Source of the DNA: Alphaproteobacteria bacterium
Lineage (GTDB): Bacteria; Pseudomonadota; Alphaproteobacteria; Rs-D84; NBLK01
Direction of reading: 5' to 3'
Length of the DNA stretch: 51,928 nt
NCBI GenBank assembly: GCA_016937865.1
Contig: JAFGVS010000016.1
Location: 1 to 51,928, forward strand
In this document: in pieces, positions 26,504-35,377 of the stretch
Numbering within the stretch: the stretch's first letter is position 1
Layout: every line of letters begins with the position of its first letter
Position numbers and translations under genes: made by a program
The notes under the pieces: model-generated
What the model was told of the DNA's origin: nothing
Databases searched by the model: none
The model's input: only the letters and a program-made list of their open reading frames with translations

Positions 26504-26896
26504 TTATCTAAACAATTTTCCCATTTCGACGGCATTGGAATACACATCGGCCGTGAATTTTAAAGGGTCCTTTTGTTTGGCGGCAAGGTCATTTAAGGCC
26601 ATAATACTCTCTTTTGTGGTGTCGAGGTAGGTTTTTATTTTTCCGGTTGCTGTGCCGGTTGCAAAAAGCAATCCATATTTCCATTTATTTTTTGGCAATT
26701 CATCTTTTACGAAGTTGGCATAGTCTTTGATTTGTGTTGCCGTGTTTAATCCATGTTTATTAAATACTGGCATAAGTGTTTGGCAAACTTCTTGGGAAAC
26801 CCCTGGTTTTAAGAAGTAATAGCATGTGGCTTGATTCATAAAGCCTTGGCAGGCCGTGATAAGTAGCGCAATTGTTGGGATTAAAATTTTTTTCAT
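26504..26896 (-). CDS. Hypothetical lipoprotein (130 aa)
   Basis: Lipobox LLITAC. Confidence 0.6.
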   Translation of the reverse strand: MKKILIPTIALLITACQGFMNQATCYYFLKPGVSQEVCQTLMPVFNKHGLNTATQIKDYANFVKDELPKNKWKYGLLFATGTATGKIKTYLDTTKESIMALNDLAAKQKDPLKFTADVYSNAVEMGKLFR

Positions 26897-27018
26897 AACA
26901 GTTCCTTTTATTTATTGTTTGTTTAGGCATTATAGAAAGGCTGATTGTGTTTAGTAAAGAAGATTTACTTTTTAGTTTCTTTCGCTATGCTAAGCTCACT
27001 TTAATTAAGAGGTTTGTT

Positions 27019-27213
27019 ATGGATGAAAAAAAGAAAAAAGCAATTCGCGGACTTTTGGAAGAAAATTATTTAAAGGAACCCTTGGGTTCTCCTGGGGAGG
27101 CTCTTATTTTATCACAGCTGTTTAGATTGCATGGATTGAAAAAAGCATCCAAATTTCTTTTTTCAAGAGCGATACAGGCCTTATTGCGCGATAGAAATAG
27201 ACCTTCTTTATAA
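27019..27213 (+). CDS. Hypothetical small protein
   Basis: ATG 27019 with AAGAGG 8 nt upstream. The ORF-track start 26947 is a GTG. Confidence 0.35.
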   Translation: MDEKKKKAIRGLLEENYLKEPLGSPGEALILSQLFRLHGLKKASKFLFSRAIQALLRDRNRPSL

Positions 27214-27269
27214 ATAAAAAAGCTCCCCTTCCCAGAAAGCTTTTTTTCTCCTTCCCTAAGGGTTACCCC

Positions 27270-27602
27270 TTAAGCTACTTTCAGCGTTTCTTTTTCCGCT
27301 GAGATTTCGATGACTTCGCGGGCTTTCATGAAAATCATTTCTTTGATTTCACCAACGAGATCTTCATTTGATAAATCTTGAATTTTTTTATCAAAACGTT
27401 CGTATTGAATTTGAAGGCATGTAAATGCGCCAATCAATTCAGGACGTGATAAGGTTTCAATCATACGACCTTTTCCATCCGTTGTTTTGTGCAAGATTTG
27501 TTTTAGATTAACAAGATCTCCCTCTGGGTTTACCCATACGATGGTTCCCAATACTTGATCAATTGCTTCCATTACTTTTGTCATTTTAACTTCTTGTGTC
27601 AT
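27270..27602 (-). CDS. Hypothetical protein (110 aa)
   Basis: ATG 27602 with GGAGAA upstream. The ORF track extends to 27647. Confidence 0.5.
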   Translation of the reverse strand: MTQEVKMTKVMEAIDQVLGTIVWVNPEGDLVNLKQILHKTTDGKGRMIETLSRPELIGAFTCLQIQYERFDKKIQDLSNEDLVGEIKEMIFMKAREVIEISAEKETLKVA

Positions 27603-27787
27603 GGTTTTCTCCTTCCCAGTTTGTGCCCTTAAAATTTTTTGACCCATATTTTTTAAATGGCTATACCTCCTTTATGAATCATTCCGATTCTCCTGTCAAC
27701 CCCTAAAATGAAAAAAACACGTTTTTTTTGCACTTTTTTGCATTTTTTCCATAAAAACCCTCAAAAAACCATAAAAAAATATCTTTT

Positions 27788-27821
27788 CCCCATTGACACC
27801 CATGATTTTCCAATGCTATTT
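27788..27821 (+). promoter_or_regulatory. mraZ promoter with a candidate MraZ operator
   Basis: TTGACA (27793-27798), 17 nt spacer, CTATTT. On the minus strand, TGGGG (27792-27788), TGGGT (27802-27798) and TGGAA (27812-27808) form a 10-bp-phased TGGGN-like direct repeat that overlaps the -35 and the spacer. Confidence 0.4.
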
Positions 27822-27841
27822 TCTTCTTATAAGGAACAAAA

Positions 27842-28291
27842 ATGACACTTTTTTTATCAACTTTTATTAATCAGATGGATCCGAAGGGACGGGTTTCCGT
27901 GCCGGCATCTTTTCGTGAACAAGTTGGTCTTGTTAAAACAGGGCGTGTTATTTTGTATCGTTCTTTTACACATCCTTGTATCGAAGGATGTGATATTGAT
28001 CGGATGGCACTATTGTCCAATGCTGCGGATCAAATGCCGTCGTTTTCAAAAGAACAAGATAGTTTGATGTCTTTGGTGTTTGCAGATGCTCGTCCTCTTA
28101 ATATTGATGGTACGGGGCGAATTGTTTTACCAGAGGATTTACAAATACATGCTAGATTGTCTAAGAAATTAGCTTTTGTGGGACGCGGAAAAACATTTCA
28201 AATTTGGGATCCAGATTTATTTGAAAAAAATCAAAAATCTTTGCGTGAAGATGCCTTGAAAAAAGCACCTTCTGTTGTTTTGTCGTCTTAG
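27842..28291 (+). CDS. mraZ: Transcriptional regulator MraZ
   Basis: Two SpoVT/AbrB-like halves (DPKGRVSVPASFR and DGTGRIVLPEDL). Confidence 0.9.
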   Translation: MTLFLSTFINQMDPKGRVSVPASFREQVGLVKTGRVILYRSFTHPCIEGCDIDRMALLSNAADQMPSFSKEQDSLMSLVFADARPLNIDGTGRIVLPEDLQIHARLSKKLAFVGRGKTFQIWDPDLFEKNQKSLREDALKKAPSVVLSS

Positions 28292-28403
28292 TTCTTGAAT
28301 AATTGCTTTTATTTCGTCTATGGTTTTAGTGTGGTGTAAAAAAAACTTTTATTTCACCTCGGTTTATGTTATTATTTGTTTAAGGAAGAATGGGAGAGGC
28401 TTT

Positions 28404-28799
28404 ATGAAAAAAATATTAGCCCCATTGTTTGTTGTTTTATTGGCGGCATGCTCGTCTACGTATTGGTCCGAGGAAAAGAAAGGTTTTGAATCTTTCCGAG
28501 ATATCCCTATTCCTGCGTATTCGTATATGGATAAAAAAGAAACATCCATTGTTAATCATGATGATATTTGGCTTGGGGTATTAAAATTTGCTGTATCAAA
28601 TACGGTTCCGGTTATGTTTGATTATTATCAAAAAGAAATGAAGCGTTTTGGATGGAAGCAGCTGACTTTTTCCAAAGAGGATTATGACAATTATACTTTG
28701 ATATTTATGCGTAAAGATCGTATTGCTCATATTTCTTTTATGCCACATCCTATTGATGGGACGCATATTAAATTTGTGATGTCGGAGAAATCAGAATAA
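28404..28799 (+). CDS. Hypothetical lipoprotein
   Basis: MKKILAPLFVVLLAACSS lipobox. The ORF track starts upstream at 28320. Confidence 0.6.
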   Translation: MKKILAPLFVVLLAACSSTYWSEEKKGFESFRDIPIPAYSYMDKKETSIVNHDDIWLGVLKFAVSNTVPVMFDYYQKEMKRFGWKQLTFSKEDYDNYTLIFMRKDRIAHISFMPHPIDGTHIKFVMSEKSE

Positions 28800-29320
28800 T
28801 GTCAGATGAAAATCGTGCTGTTTATACACCCCCAACCATTGGGGAGAAACGAGACCAGGATCTAAATAGGACTCCGCGGTGGCGTCGTGTTCTTTTATTT
28901 ATTTTTGTGTTGTTCTTTATTTCAGGTGGGGTTGCTGTATTTTTGACCGATCCTCGCATTTTAAATGGTTTATCTACGCCATCTATTGTTGCTTCTGAAG
29001 TTTATGTCCCTGTGGCTCTTTTAGAAGATAATGCCGGGAATGAAGTTTTATCTTCCTTGGGATGTGTTGTTTCGGATATGCAATATGGTGTTGCCCCTTT
29101 ATCTTATTTTGAACGTATAAAGAAGGAAAAAATTTTTCATATTGATGATCCTGAGGCGCTATTGGAGGCTTTTGGTTGTTTAATGCCGACGATGTTGGCG
29201 AATGGTTTACAGGGCATTCCTGTGTCTGCAACTCTTGGATCTGAGGTCTATGCTGAGATGCCGTCTGTTGTTCACGGTGTGTTTTCTGTTGGTTCTTATT
29301 CTATCTCTTTGGGTGAATAA
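28799..29320 (+). CDS. Hypothetical bitopic membrane protein
   Basis: TAATG overlap with the preceding gene. One TM (VLLFIFVLFFISGGVAVFL). Confidence 0.55.
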   Translation: MSDENRAVYTPPTIGEKRDQDLNRTPRWRRVLLFIFVLFFISGGVAVFLTDPRILNGLSTPSIVASEVYVPVALLEDNAGNEVLSSLGCVVSDMQYGVAPLSYFERIKKEKIFHIDDPEALLEAFGCLMPTMLANGLQGIPVSATLGSEVYAEMPSVVHGVFSVGSYSISLGE

Positions 29321-29344
29321 AAGGCGTCTTTTAAATCTATTTTT

Positions 29345-30778
29345 TTAGAGTTTTCCTTCAAGATGAAGGGCGACGAGTTGTTTTGCCTCCATTGCGAATT
29401 CGTGTGGGAGCAGGGAAAGGACGTCTTTACAAAATCCGCTGACGATTAAAGATGTGGCGGTGTCTTCATCGAGACCCCTTGATTTTAAATAAAATAATTG
29501 TTCTGGGTTGATACGTGCGGTGGAGGCTTCGTGTGCAATTGAAGAACTGCTGTTGCGGCAAATATTTGTGGGCAAGGTATGTCCGCCGGCCGTTTCCCCG
29601 ATGATTAAATTATCACATTCCACCATTGAGGTTGAGTTTGTGGCACTTTTTTTGATGTCGACCAAACCACGGTAGGTTTGTGCGGATTTTCCGGCGGAAA
29701 TCCCTTTGGCGACAATGCGGGATGTTGTGTTTTTGCCAATATGAATCATTTTTGTGCCGGTGTCCGCTTCTTGTGCGTGATTGGTCATGGCGACGGAAAA
29801 GAAGTCGCCTTTTGATCCGTTGCCTTTTAAAACACAGGAAGGGTATTTCCACGTATAGCGTGATCCAACCTCTAGCTGTGTCCACCGCATATAAGCGTCG
29901 TCTTCAACGTGCGCGCGTTTGGTGACGAAATTATAAACTCCGCCTTTTCCGTTTTCATCCCCGCCGTACCAGTTTTGGACGGTCGAGTAATAGACTTTGG
30001 ATTTTGGTTTGGCGATGACCTCGACGATCGCGGCGTGCAATTGATTTTCATCATATTGTGGGGCGGAACAGCCTTCCAGGTAAGATAGTTCAGAGCCTTC
30101 GTCTGCGATGATTAGGGTTCTTTCGAATTGCCCAACGGCTTTTGTGTTTAATCGGAAATAGGTTGAAAGTTCAATTGGACATTTCACGCCTTTTGGAATA
30201 TACACAAATGTTCCATCGGAAAAGACGGCGGTATTCAAAGCACCATAAAAATTATCTGCGATGGGGACGACGGATCCCATGTGTGCCATGACAAGGTCAA
30301 AATGGTTTTGGATGGCGTCAGAGAAGGAGCAAAAAATAATCCCATGTTTTTCCAGCTCGGCACGATAGGTTGTGGCCACCGATTGTGAGTCAATGACGGC
30401 ATCGACCGCGATTCCAGAAAGCATTTTTTGTTCTTCGATTGGGACGCCGAGTCGTTTATAGATCTCAAGTATTTTTGGATCGATCTCATCCAGGCTTTTG
30501 GGTTCAGCGCCTTGGTTTTTTGGTGTCGCGTAGTACGAATAGTCTTGATAGTTTATTTTGGGATAGTTAAAGGCGGCCCAGTGAGGCTCGTCCATTTTGA
30601 GCCACAAAGCATATGCACGCAGGCGCATATCCAGGATTTCTTTGGGTTCTTTCTTTATCGAAGAGATGTAACGGATGACATCCTCATTCAAGCCTTTTTG
30701 AATGGAGTCTGTTTCGAGAATTGGGGCACTTTTTTGAAAAGAGTGTGTGCTTAACTTTTGTTTTATTTTGTTGTCCAT
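29345..30778 (-). CDS. sufB: Fe-S cluster assembly scaffold protein SufB
   Basis: Full-length SufB pattern (YSTVQNWY, HIGKNT.S.I..KGIS.G, EA...L.GF). Confidence 0.95.
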   Translation of the reverse strand: MDNKIKQKLSTHSFQKSAPILETDSIQKGLNEDVIRYISSIKKEPKEILDMRLRAYALWLKMDEPHWAAFNYPKINYQDYSYYATPKNQGAEPKSLDEIDPKILEIYKRLGVPIEEQKMLSGIAVDAVIDSQSVATTYRAELEKHGIIFCSFSDAIQNHFDLVMAHMGSVVPIADNFYGALNTAVFSDGTFVYIPKGVKCPIELSTYFRLNTKAVGQFERTLIIADEGSELSYLEGCSAPQYDENQLHAAIVEVIAKPKSKVYYSTVQNWYGGDENGKGGVYNFVTKRAHVEDDAYMRWTQLEVGSRYTWKYPSCVLKGNGSKGDFFSVAMTNHAQEADTGTKMIHIGKNTTSRIVAKGISAGKSAQTYRGLVDIKKSATNSTSMVECDNLIIGETAGGHTLPTNICRNSSSSIAHEASTARINPEQLFYLKSRGLDEDTATSLIVSGFCKDVLSLLPHEFAMEAKQLVALHLEGKL

Positions 30779-30911
30779 ATGGTGGAGTCTAGGAAGATCA
30801 TATTAGGGATGCAAGCGGAAAGTTTTACGTCGCATTTAATTTCTTGACATTTCAACTATTTTTAGGTATTCCTATTTATTAAGTATAGTTAACCATTAAA
30901 AAATAAAAATT

Positions 30912-31223
30912 ATGGATATTAAAAAAAGTTTATTTATTCCGGGCGTTGTTTTTTCAGTTGGATTTCTCATCCTTTTGATGGGGATATTTTTGGATCGAAA
31001 TCTCCAATTTTGGGGGGCTCTCTTAATGATTGGAGGAATAGTTGTTTATTTAGTCAAAGGTTCTAAAATTACTGATTCTAATAAATCAGTTGATGTGGCT
31101 AAATTAAAAGAAGAGTTAAAAAAAGAATTCGAACATGATGCTCTAAAGAAAACAGTCGCAGATCTTGAAAAACAAGTAAAAGATTTGAAAAAAGAAAATG
31201 AAGATTTAAAAAAAATTCCTTAA
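30912..31223 (+). CDS. Hypothetical small membrane protein with a coiled-coil tail
   Basis: Two TM segments followed by KLKEELKKEFEHDALKKTVADLEKQVKDLKKENEDLKK. Confidence 0.5.
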   Translation: MDIKKSLFIPGVVFSVGFLILLMGIFLDRNLQFWGALLMIGGIVVYLVKGSKITDSNKSVDVAKLKEELKKEFEHDALKKTVADLEKQVKDLKKENEDLKKIP

Positions 31224-31230
31224 AAAACAA

Positions 31231-31265
31231 AAAAAAGCTGCAGTCAAAAATGGCAGCTTTTTTTA
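31231..31265. terminator. Bidirectional terminator
   Basis: aaaagctgc...gcagctttttt between convergent genes. Confidence 0.6.
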
Positions 31266-33380
31266 TGGGCAGTCTAGTGTTTGCCATTTTCCTTTTGGTA
31301 GATTATTAAAATAATCAGGATATTCTTTTATCACCGCTTCTATGTCTTGTGTCCGTACGGAATTATTTGTTTCAAATAAATATTTAAACTTGTCTATATC
31401 GATGAGTTGTGTTTTTGGATTTTCTTGTTGTAGAAATAAGTTGTATGCGCCAGTTTCACCCATTTTACTATACATAGAGCTTTTTAAAGTTGTTTTCCAT
31501 TCATCTTTGATCCAATTATCCCAGATTTCTGAAACAGTTGAGGTTGGTGTTTTTATTTCGGTCAATCGAGCCCAAACTTCACTGCTAAATATGCTTTCTA
31601 CCATAGGAGAATCCTGGCAGAACATTTCTATTATATTTCGTTCGGGAAATTTAGAGCTGTCCATATCTGTGAATGTTTCTAGAATTATATTGTTAATATT
31701 ATATCCCCATGCGACACATCCTTCTGCTTCTCCATCTAAGCCACCTAGTTGTCCTGATACAATTTTTTTAATAGTATAACTTACAAACCTGTTTATTTTT
31801 AAAGCACATAAGTCTTTTTCAGCTTGATTAACAACTATGACGTTTTCCTTTTCTTCTTCCTCTTCCTCTTCAGTTTCTGTTTTAGGATCAACACAGAATT
31901 CATCGATCGGTGTTTCTTTTGCTGTCGCTATATCTTCCAATATTTCTGGGTTTAGTTTGGTTTTCCCTTGGCAAAGTGGTTGGCATTTTGGATCACTCGC
32001 CGTTGCATCATATTCCCACCCTATGATGTTTTTGCCTCTCTTTCCGCCTTGTGTGAAGATGTTTGTGCAATTTGTTGCTGCGGTCTCACATTTCTTTTTT
32101 GCTGGATCATCGGCATCAAGCGCAACCCGATCTTCATTACAAATTAGACGGCATGGAGACGCAACGGGCGTCCCGAATATATGGCCAACTATGCTTGCTC
32201 TTCCAAATCCGTTTGGTGGTGCATCAAAGGCAGCACATTCATTTGTTGGTGGGTTTATATTAGGGTATTCAACAACAACTGGTATACAGTTTGTTTTATT
32301 TTCATTTGGTTCAAAGCCTGGTTTACAGTTCGAGATAAAGCAGCCGCCCCATCCATAGGAACTTCCTGCCCGATAATCAAAGGCAACTGCGTTTAGTTTC
32401 GCTTTGGTTAAGCTAGATGGAATAGGGGGAAAGAGTGCCGCTGTGTCGCCTAGGTCGTTATTTGCTTTACAGTTGGTGCCATCATCTTCAAGACACTCAA
32501 GGTCATATTCATCTTTCATATAGCCTTTTGCACATTGTTTAATGTGACAGCCGTTGATGCCGTGTGATGTGTTTGCTTCGTCATACATCCATTCCATGAT
32601 GTGCAAATCTTTGTTGGTGGCGCGCCCTGTATTATGCAAACGGACATAATCGGCAAAATTTGGACCTGCTGTTAATGGGATTTGGGTTGCGCCATTATTT
32701 GCTAAACACTCGGCCTTTAATTTTCCACATTGTTTTGTATCTGGGTCATAATCGTCTGTCCAGGTTGCCGGTTCACATTCACATTTTACTTTGGATTTTT
32801 TTGTTTCATCGACGCAGGTGTCATCTTTTAATTTCCAAGTGAGTTTGCAATCTTGTGGGCCACGGGCTAGACACTCTTCTTTGATTTTAAGATTTTCTTC
32901 GTAAACGTTTTCGCCTTGTGACTTTGTGGCCTCGACTTTGTCGCCGGTGCTTTTTTTGAATCGATCTGCTAATTTTTTGGCTTCGCTGACAGCGGTTTTT
33001 CCATACATAAATCCAAGTCCCATGGAGCCAATAAGTTTTAGATTATTTGTTTTATATTTTTCAACAATGGTTTGAAGCGATAAATAACGATTTTGTTGGC
33101 AGAAATCTGGGAGTAAATCTTGGCAACCTTTCCGGTAATCTTTATCGCGGAAAGATTCACGCGTTAAACGTTCTGTAAAAAAGGTAATACATTGTGGTAC
33201 TTCGTCTAATTGATTTTTTAAATCAGGGTCTTTTGATTCGGTCATCGCGATTTTTGCAATCACGCGTTCACAGTCTTGCGGAGTAACATTACGCAAGTGT
33301 GTCGTGAGGTGTAACGGCAATGCCTGCACACTTATGGATACACTGACCATAATCGATAAAAATAAAAAGAGCCTTCTCAT
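31263..33380 (-). CDS. Secreted cysteine-rich protein (about 705 aa) with repeated C-x3-C modules and an acidic linker
   Basis: Signal peptide MRRLFLFLSIMVSVSISVQA. About 30 Cys counted by eye. Modules include GCHIKQCAKGYMKDEYDLEC and GGCFISNCKPGFEPNENKTNC. An E-run (TETEEEEEEEKE) is present. The ORF-track start 33416 is a TTG. Confidence 0.75.
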   Translation of the reverse strand: MRRLFLFLSIMVSVSISVQALPLHLTTHLRNVTPQDCERVIAKIAMTESKDPDLKNQLDEVPQCITFFTERLTRESFRDKDYRKGCQDLLPDFCQQNRYLSLQTIVEKYKTNNLKLIGSMGLGFMYGKTAVSEAKKLADRFKKSTGDKVEATKSQGENVYEENLKIKEECLARGPQDCKLTWKLKDDTCVDETKKSKVKCECEPATWTDDYDPDTKQCGKLKAECLANNGATQIPLTAGPNFADYVRLHNTGRATNKDLHIMEWMYDEANTSHGINGCHIKQCAKGYMKDEYDLECLEDDGTNCKANNDLGDTAALFPPIPSSLTKAKLNAVAFDYRAGSSYGWGGCFISNCKPGFEPNENKTNCIPVVVEYPNINPPTNECAAFDAPPNGFGRASIVGHIFGTPVASPCRLICNEDRVALDADDPAKKKCETAATNCTNIFTQGGKRGKNIIGWEYDATASDPKCQPLCQGKTKLNPEILEDIATAKETPIDEFCVDPKTETEEEEEEEKENVIVVNQAEKDLCALKINRFVSYTIKKIVSGQLGGLDGEAEGCVAWGYNINNIILETFTDMDSSKFPERNIIEMFCQDSPMVESIFSSEVWARLTEIKTPTSTVSEIWDNWIKDEWKTTLKSSMYSKMGETGAYNLFLQQENPKTQLIDIDKFKYLFETNNSVRTQDIEAVIKEYPDYFNNLPKGKWQTLDCP

Positions 33381-33490
33381 GCGTGTTATTTTAACTGTAA
33401 AAGCAATTGCTTGCAAGTTTTTATTTTAGTGTTGTGTTAATCCCTAAAATATGATACACTTGGGCTAGGTAGAGGAAAGAGAAGAAAACC

Positions 33491-35362
33491 ATGAAATTAA
33501 AAAACTTATTCATTTTCAGTGGCTTAGTTGTCCTTGTTTTCGTTGGTATGACACCAGTTTATGGACGTGTTTCTAGTCGTGCTCAGGGCACACGTTACGC
33601 TGGGTCAGGTAGTTATTCGAGTGATGTTGTTACCCGCAACCAGAATTATGTTGCAACAACAGGGAATACAACAGGCGGTGGTATTGGCGATCCGTTGGGT
33701 GGTCAAGGATGTGATGATGAAGGACTTTGCACGAAGTGTAAACGCCTCGTTGCACAATCTTTGCAGTCGTACTGTCGTGAAAATGAATGTTCAGAAGCAT
33801 CGAATGCTTTTATTATCGCAAAAGCGTTGCCGTTGAGTTCAACCTTGGTGAATATTGATCAAGCTTTGTATGATTCCCCTTCTACGGCGGTTTCAAGTCC
33901 AGTTTTGGCGCAGGGGCAGGGATATGATCAATCCTTGGTTCAAGCGTGTCAGCCTTCTTTGGTTAAACATGTCGAAGAATTCTTGCCAGCTTATTATGAT
34001 ATTGTGACACAAGAATGTCACACACAATATAAAACAGCGATTGATCATTATATGGCTAATAATAAGGGTGGCTTTAAAATGGGGCCTGCTGGGCAAAAGG
34101 GTGCTATTCGAAATTTTGAACTTTTAGAATATTTTAAGCTTCATTCAACACCAGATTATGCAACAAGTCTTTATCAGGATACGACTTCAGAAGATTATTT
34201 CTTTAGTGCGTATTGTATGGCGCAAATGGCAGATTCCGTAAAGCGTTCTTTGATCGATTTGTATTTGCCTGATATGTTCACGTATCAACGTAATATGTGT
34301 CGTCGTTCTTATGAAATGGCTATGCAGAAATATTGTAACGCTGGTGGTGGTATGGGATGCCGTGGGGAAATTGATTATATGACATTGATTATGAATCAAA
34401 GTTTCTTAAATCAAATTCGTTCTGACAACACACAAATTAATTGTGCGACTGAATTATCTCAGGATGTACGTGAAGCTTTGGTTGAAGAAGTGACCCGCAA
34501 GCAAAATATGTGTGCCCGTGAAATGGGACTTTATAATGCGGAAAAAGATATGTGTCAGTTCTCTATTTCTTTGATTGATGCGAAGAATAAAGAAATTGAA
34601 CGTAAACAATATTTTGAAGGCGAAACTGTGAAGTGTAACGAAACTGACTTTATTGATCCATATTCTAAAGAAGGTCGCAAACGTGTTGGTAAAGGATGGT
34701 TGATGTCACAAACCGGGGCGAACATTCTTTATGGAACAGGCGGTGCCGTTCTTGGATCCATGGTTGGTGGTGGCATTGGTGAAAACGTTGCGGAAAAGGC
34801 TAAGTTAAACCAAGTTTTAACGAACAATGGTGTGAGTAATGAAGATTTAGCTTTAGTGCGCAAAAAAGTTGTTGGTTTGAGTGGCGATTATTTGAATGCT
34901 GAAAAAAAACTTGTTGGTTCTGGGAAAATTGAAAAAGACATAGCTCAAAGCATTATAGAAGATCTTTATGATGTTGAAAAAGAGGTTGATGATGATGGCG
35001 TGGCTAATCCAGATAAAACGACTTGGAAAGTTGGTCGTATGCTAATAGGTACAAAAAATGCAAAAACTGTTGGTAAAGTTGTCGGTGCTGTTGCCGGTGT
35101 TGCCGGTGGTGTTGCTGGATCAAAATTTGTATACAAGAAGCTTTATCAAGAAACAAAATGTTATAAAACATGGCGTTTGGCTGCAGAGACTTTAGATGAC
35201 GCTGTTTCTTTAGAAGTGCTTTCGGATACAGATCGTCCATGGGCTGAATGGGGTAGTTCAAAGGCTCTTCCTACCTTAGTTCAAGGTATGCAAGTTGAAA
35301 TCGATTCTTTGTCGGTTTACGACCGTGAGTATCCAGGTGAACCAGAATGGGAAAATAAATAA
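33491..35362 (+). CDS. Secreted cysteine-rich protein with two glycine-zipper segments (623 aa)
   Basis: Signal peptide ending TPVYG, GAGGAAAGAG RBS, about 16 Cys, and the segments GTGGAVLGSMVGGGIG and VGAVAGVAGGVAG. Paralogous to the next gene. Confidence 0.75.
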   Translation: MKLKNLFIFSGLVVLVFVGMTPVYGRVSSRAQGTRYAGSGSYSSDVVTRNQNYVATTGNTTGGGIGDPLGGQGCDDEGLCTKCKRLVAQSLQSYCRENECSEASNAFIIAKALPLSSTLVNIDQALYDSPSTAVSSPVLAQGQGYDQSLVQACQPSLVKHVEEFLPAYYDIVTQECHTQYKTAIDHYMANNKGGFKMGPAGQKGAIRNFELLEYFKLHSTPDYATSLYQDTTSEDYFFSAYCMAQMADSVKRSLIDLYLPDMFTYQRNMCRRSYEMAMQKYCNAGGGMGCRGEIDYMTLIMNQSFLNQIRSDNTQINCATELSQDVREALVEEVTRKQNMCAREMGLYNAEKDMCQFSISLIDAKNKEIERKQYFEGETVKCNETDFIDPYSKEGRKRVGKGWLMSQTGANILYGTGGAVLGSMVGGGIGENVAEKAKLNQVLTNNGVSNEDLALVRKKVVGLSGDYLNAEKKLVGSGKIEKDIAQSIIEDLYDVEKEVDDDGVANPDKTTWKVGRMLIGTKNAKTVGKVVGAVAGVAGGVAGSKFVYKKLYQETKCYKTWRLAAETLDDAVSLEVLSDTDRPWAEWGSSKALPTLVQGMQVEIDSLSVYDREYPGEPEWENK

Positions 35363-35377
35363 TAGGCTGATATAGAT

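Noticed and set aside
27214-27269. Possible terminator (aaaaaagct...agctttttt) and a ccctaaggg palindrome.
   Set aside because: The stems are very short and AT-rich with a 13-nt loop. This is too weak to call.
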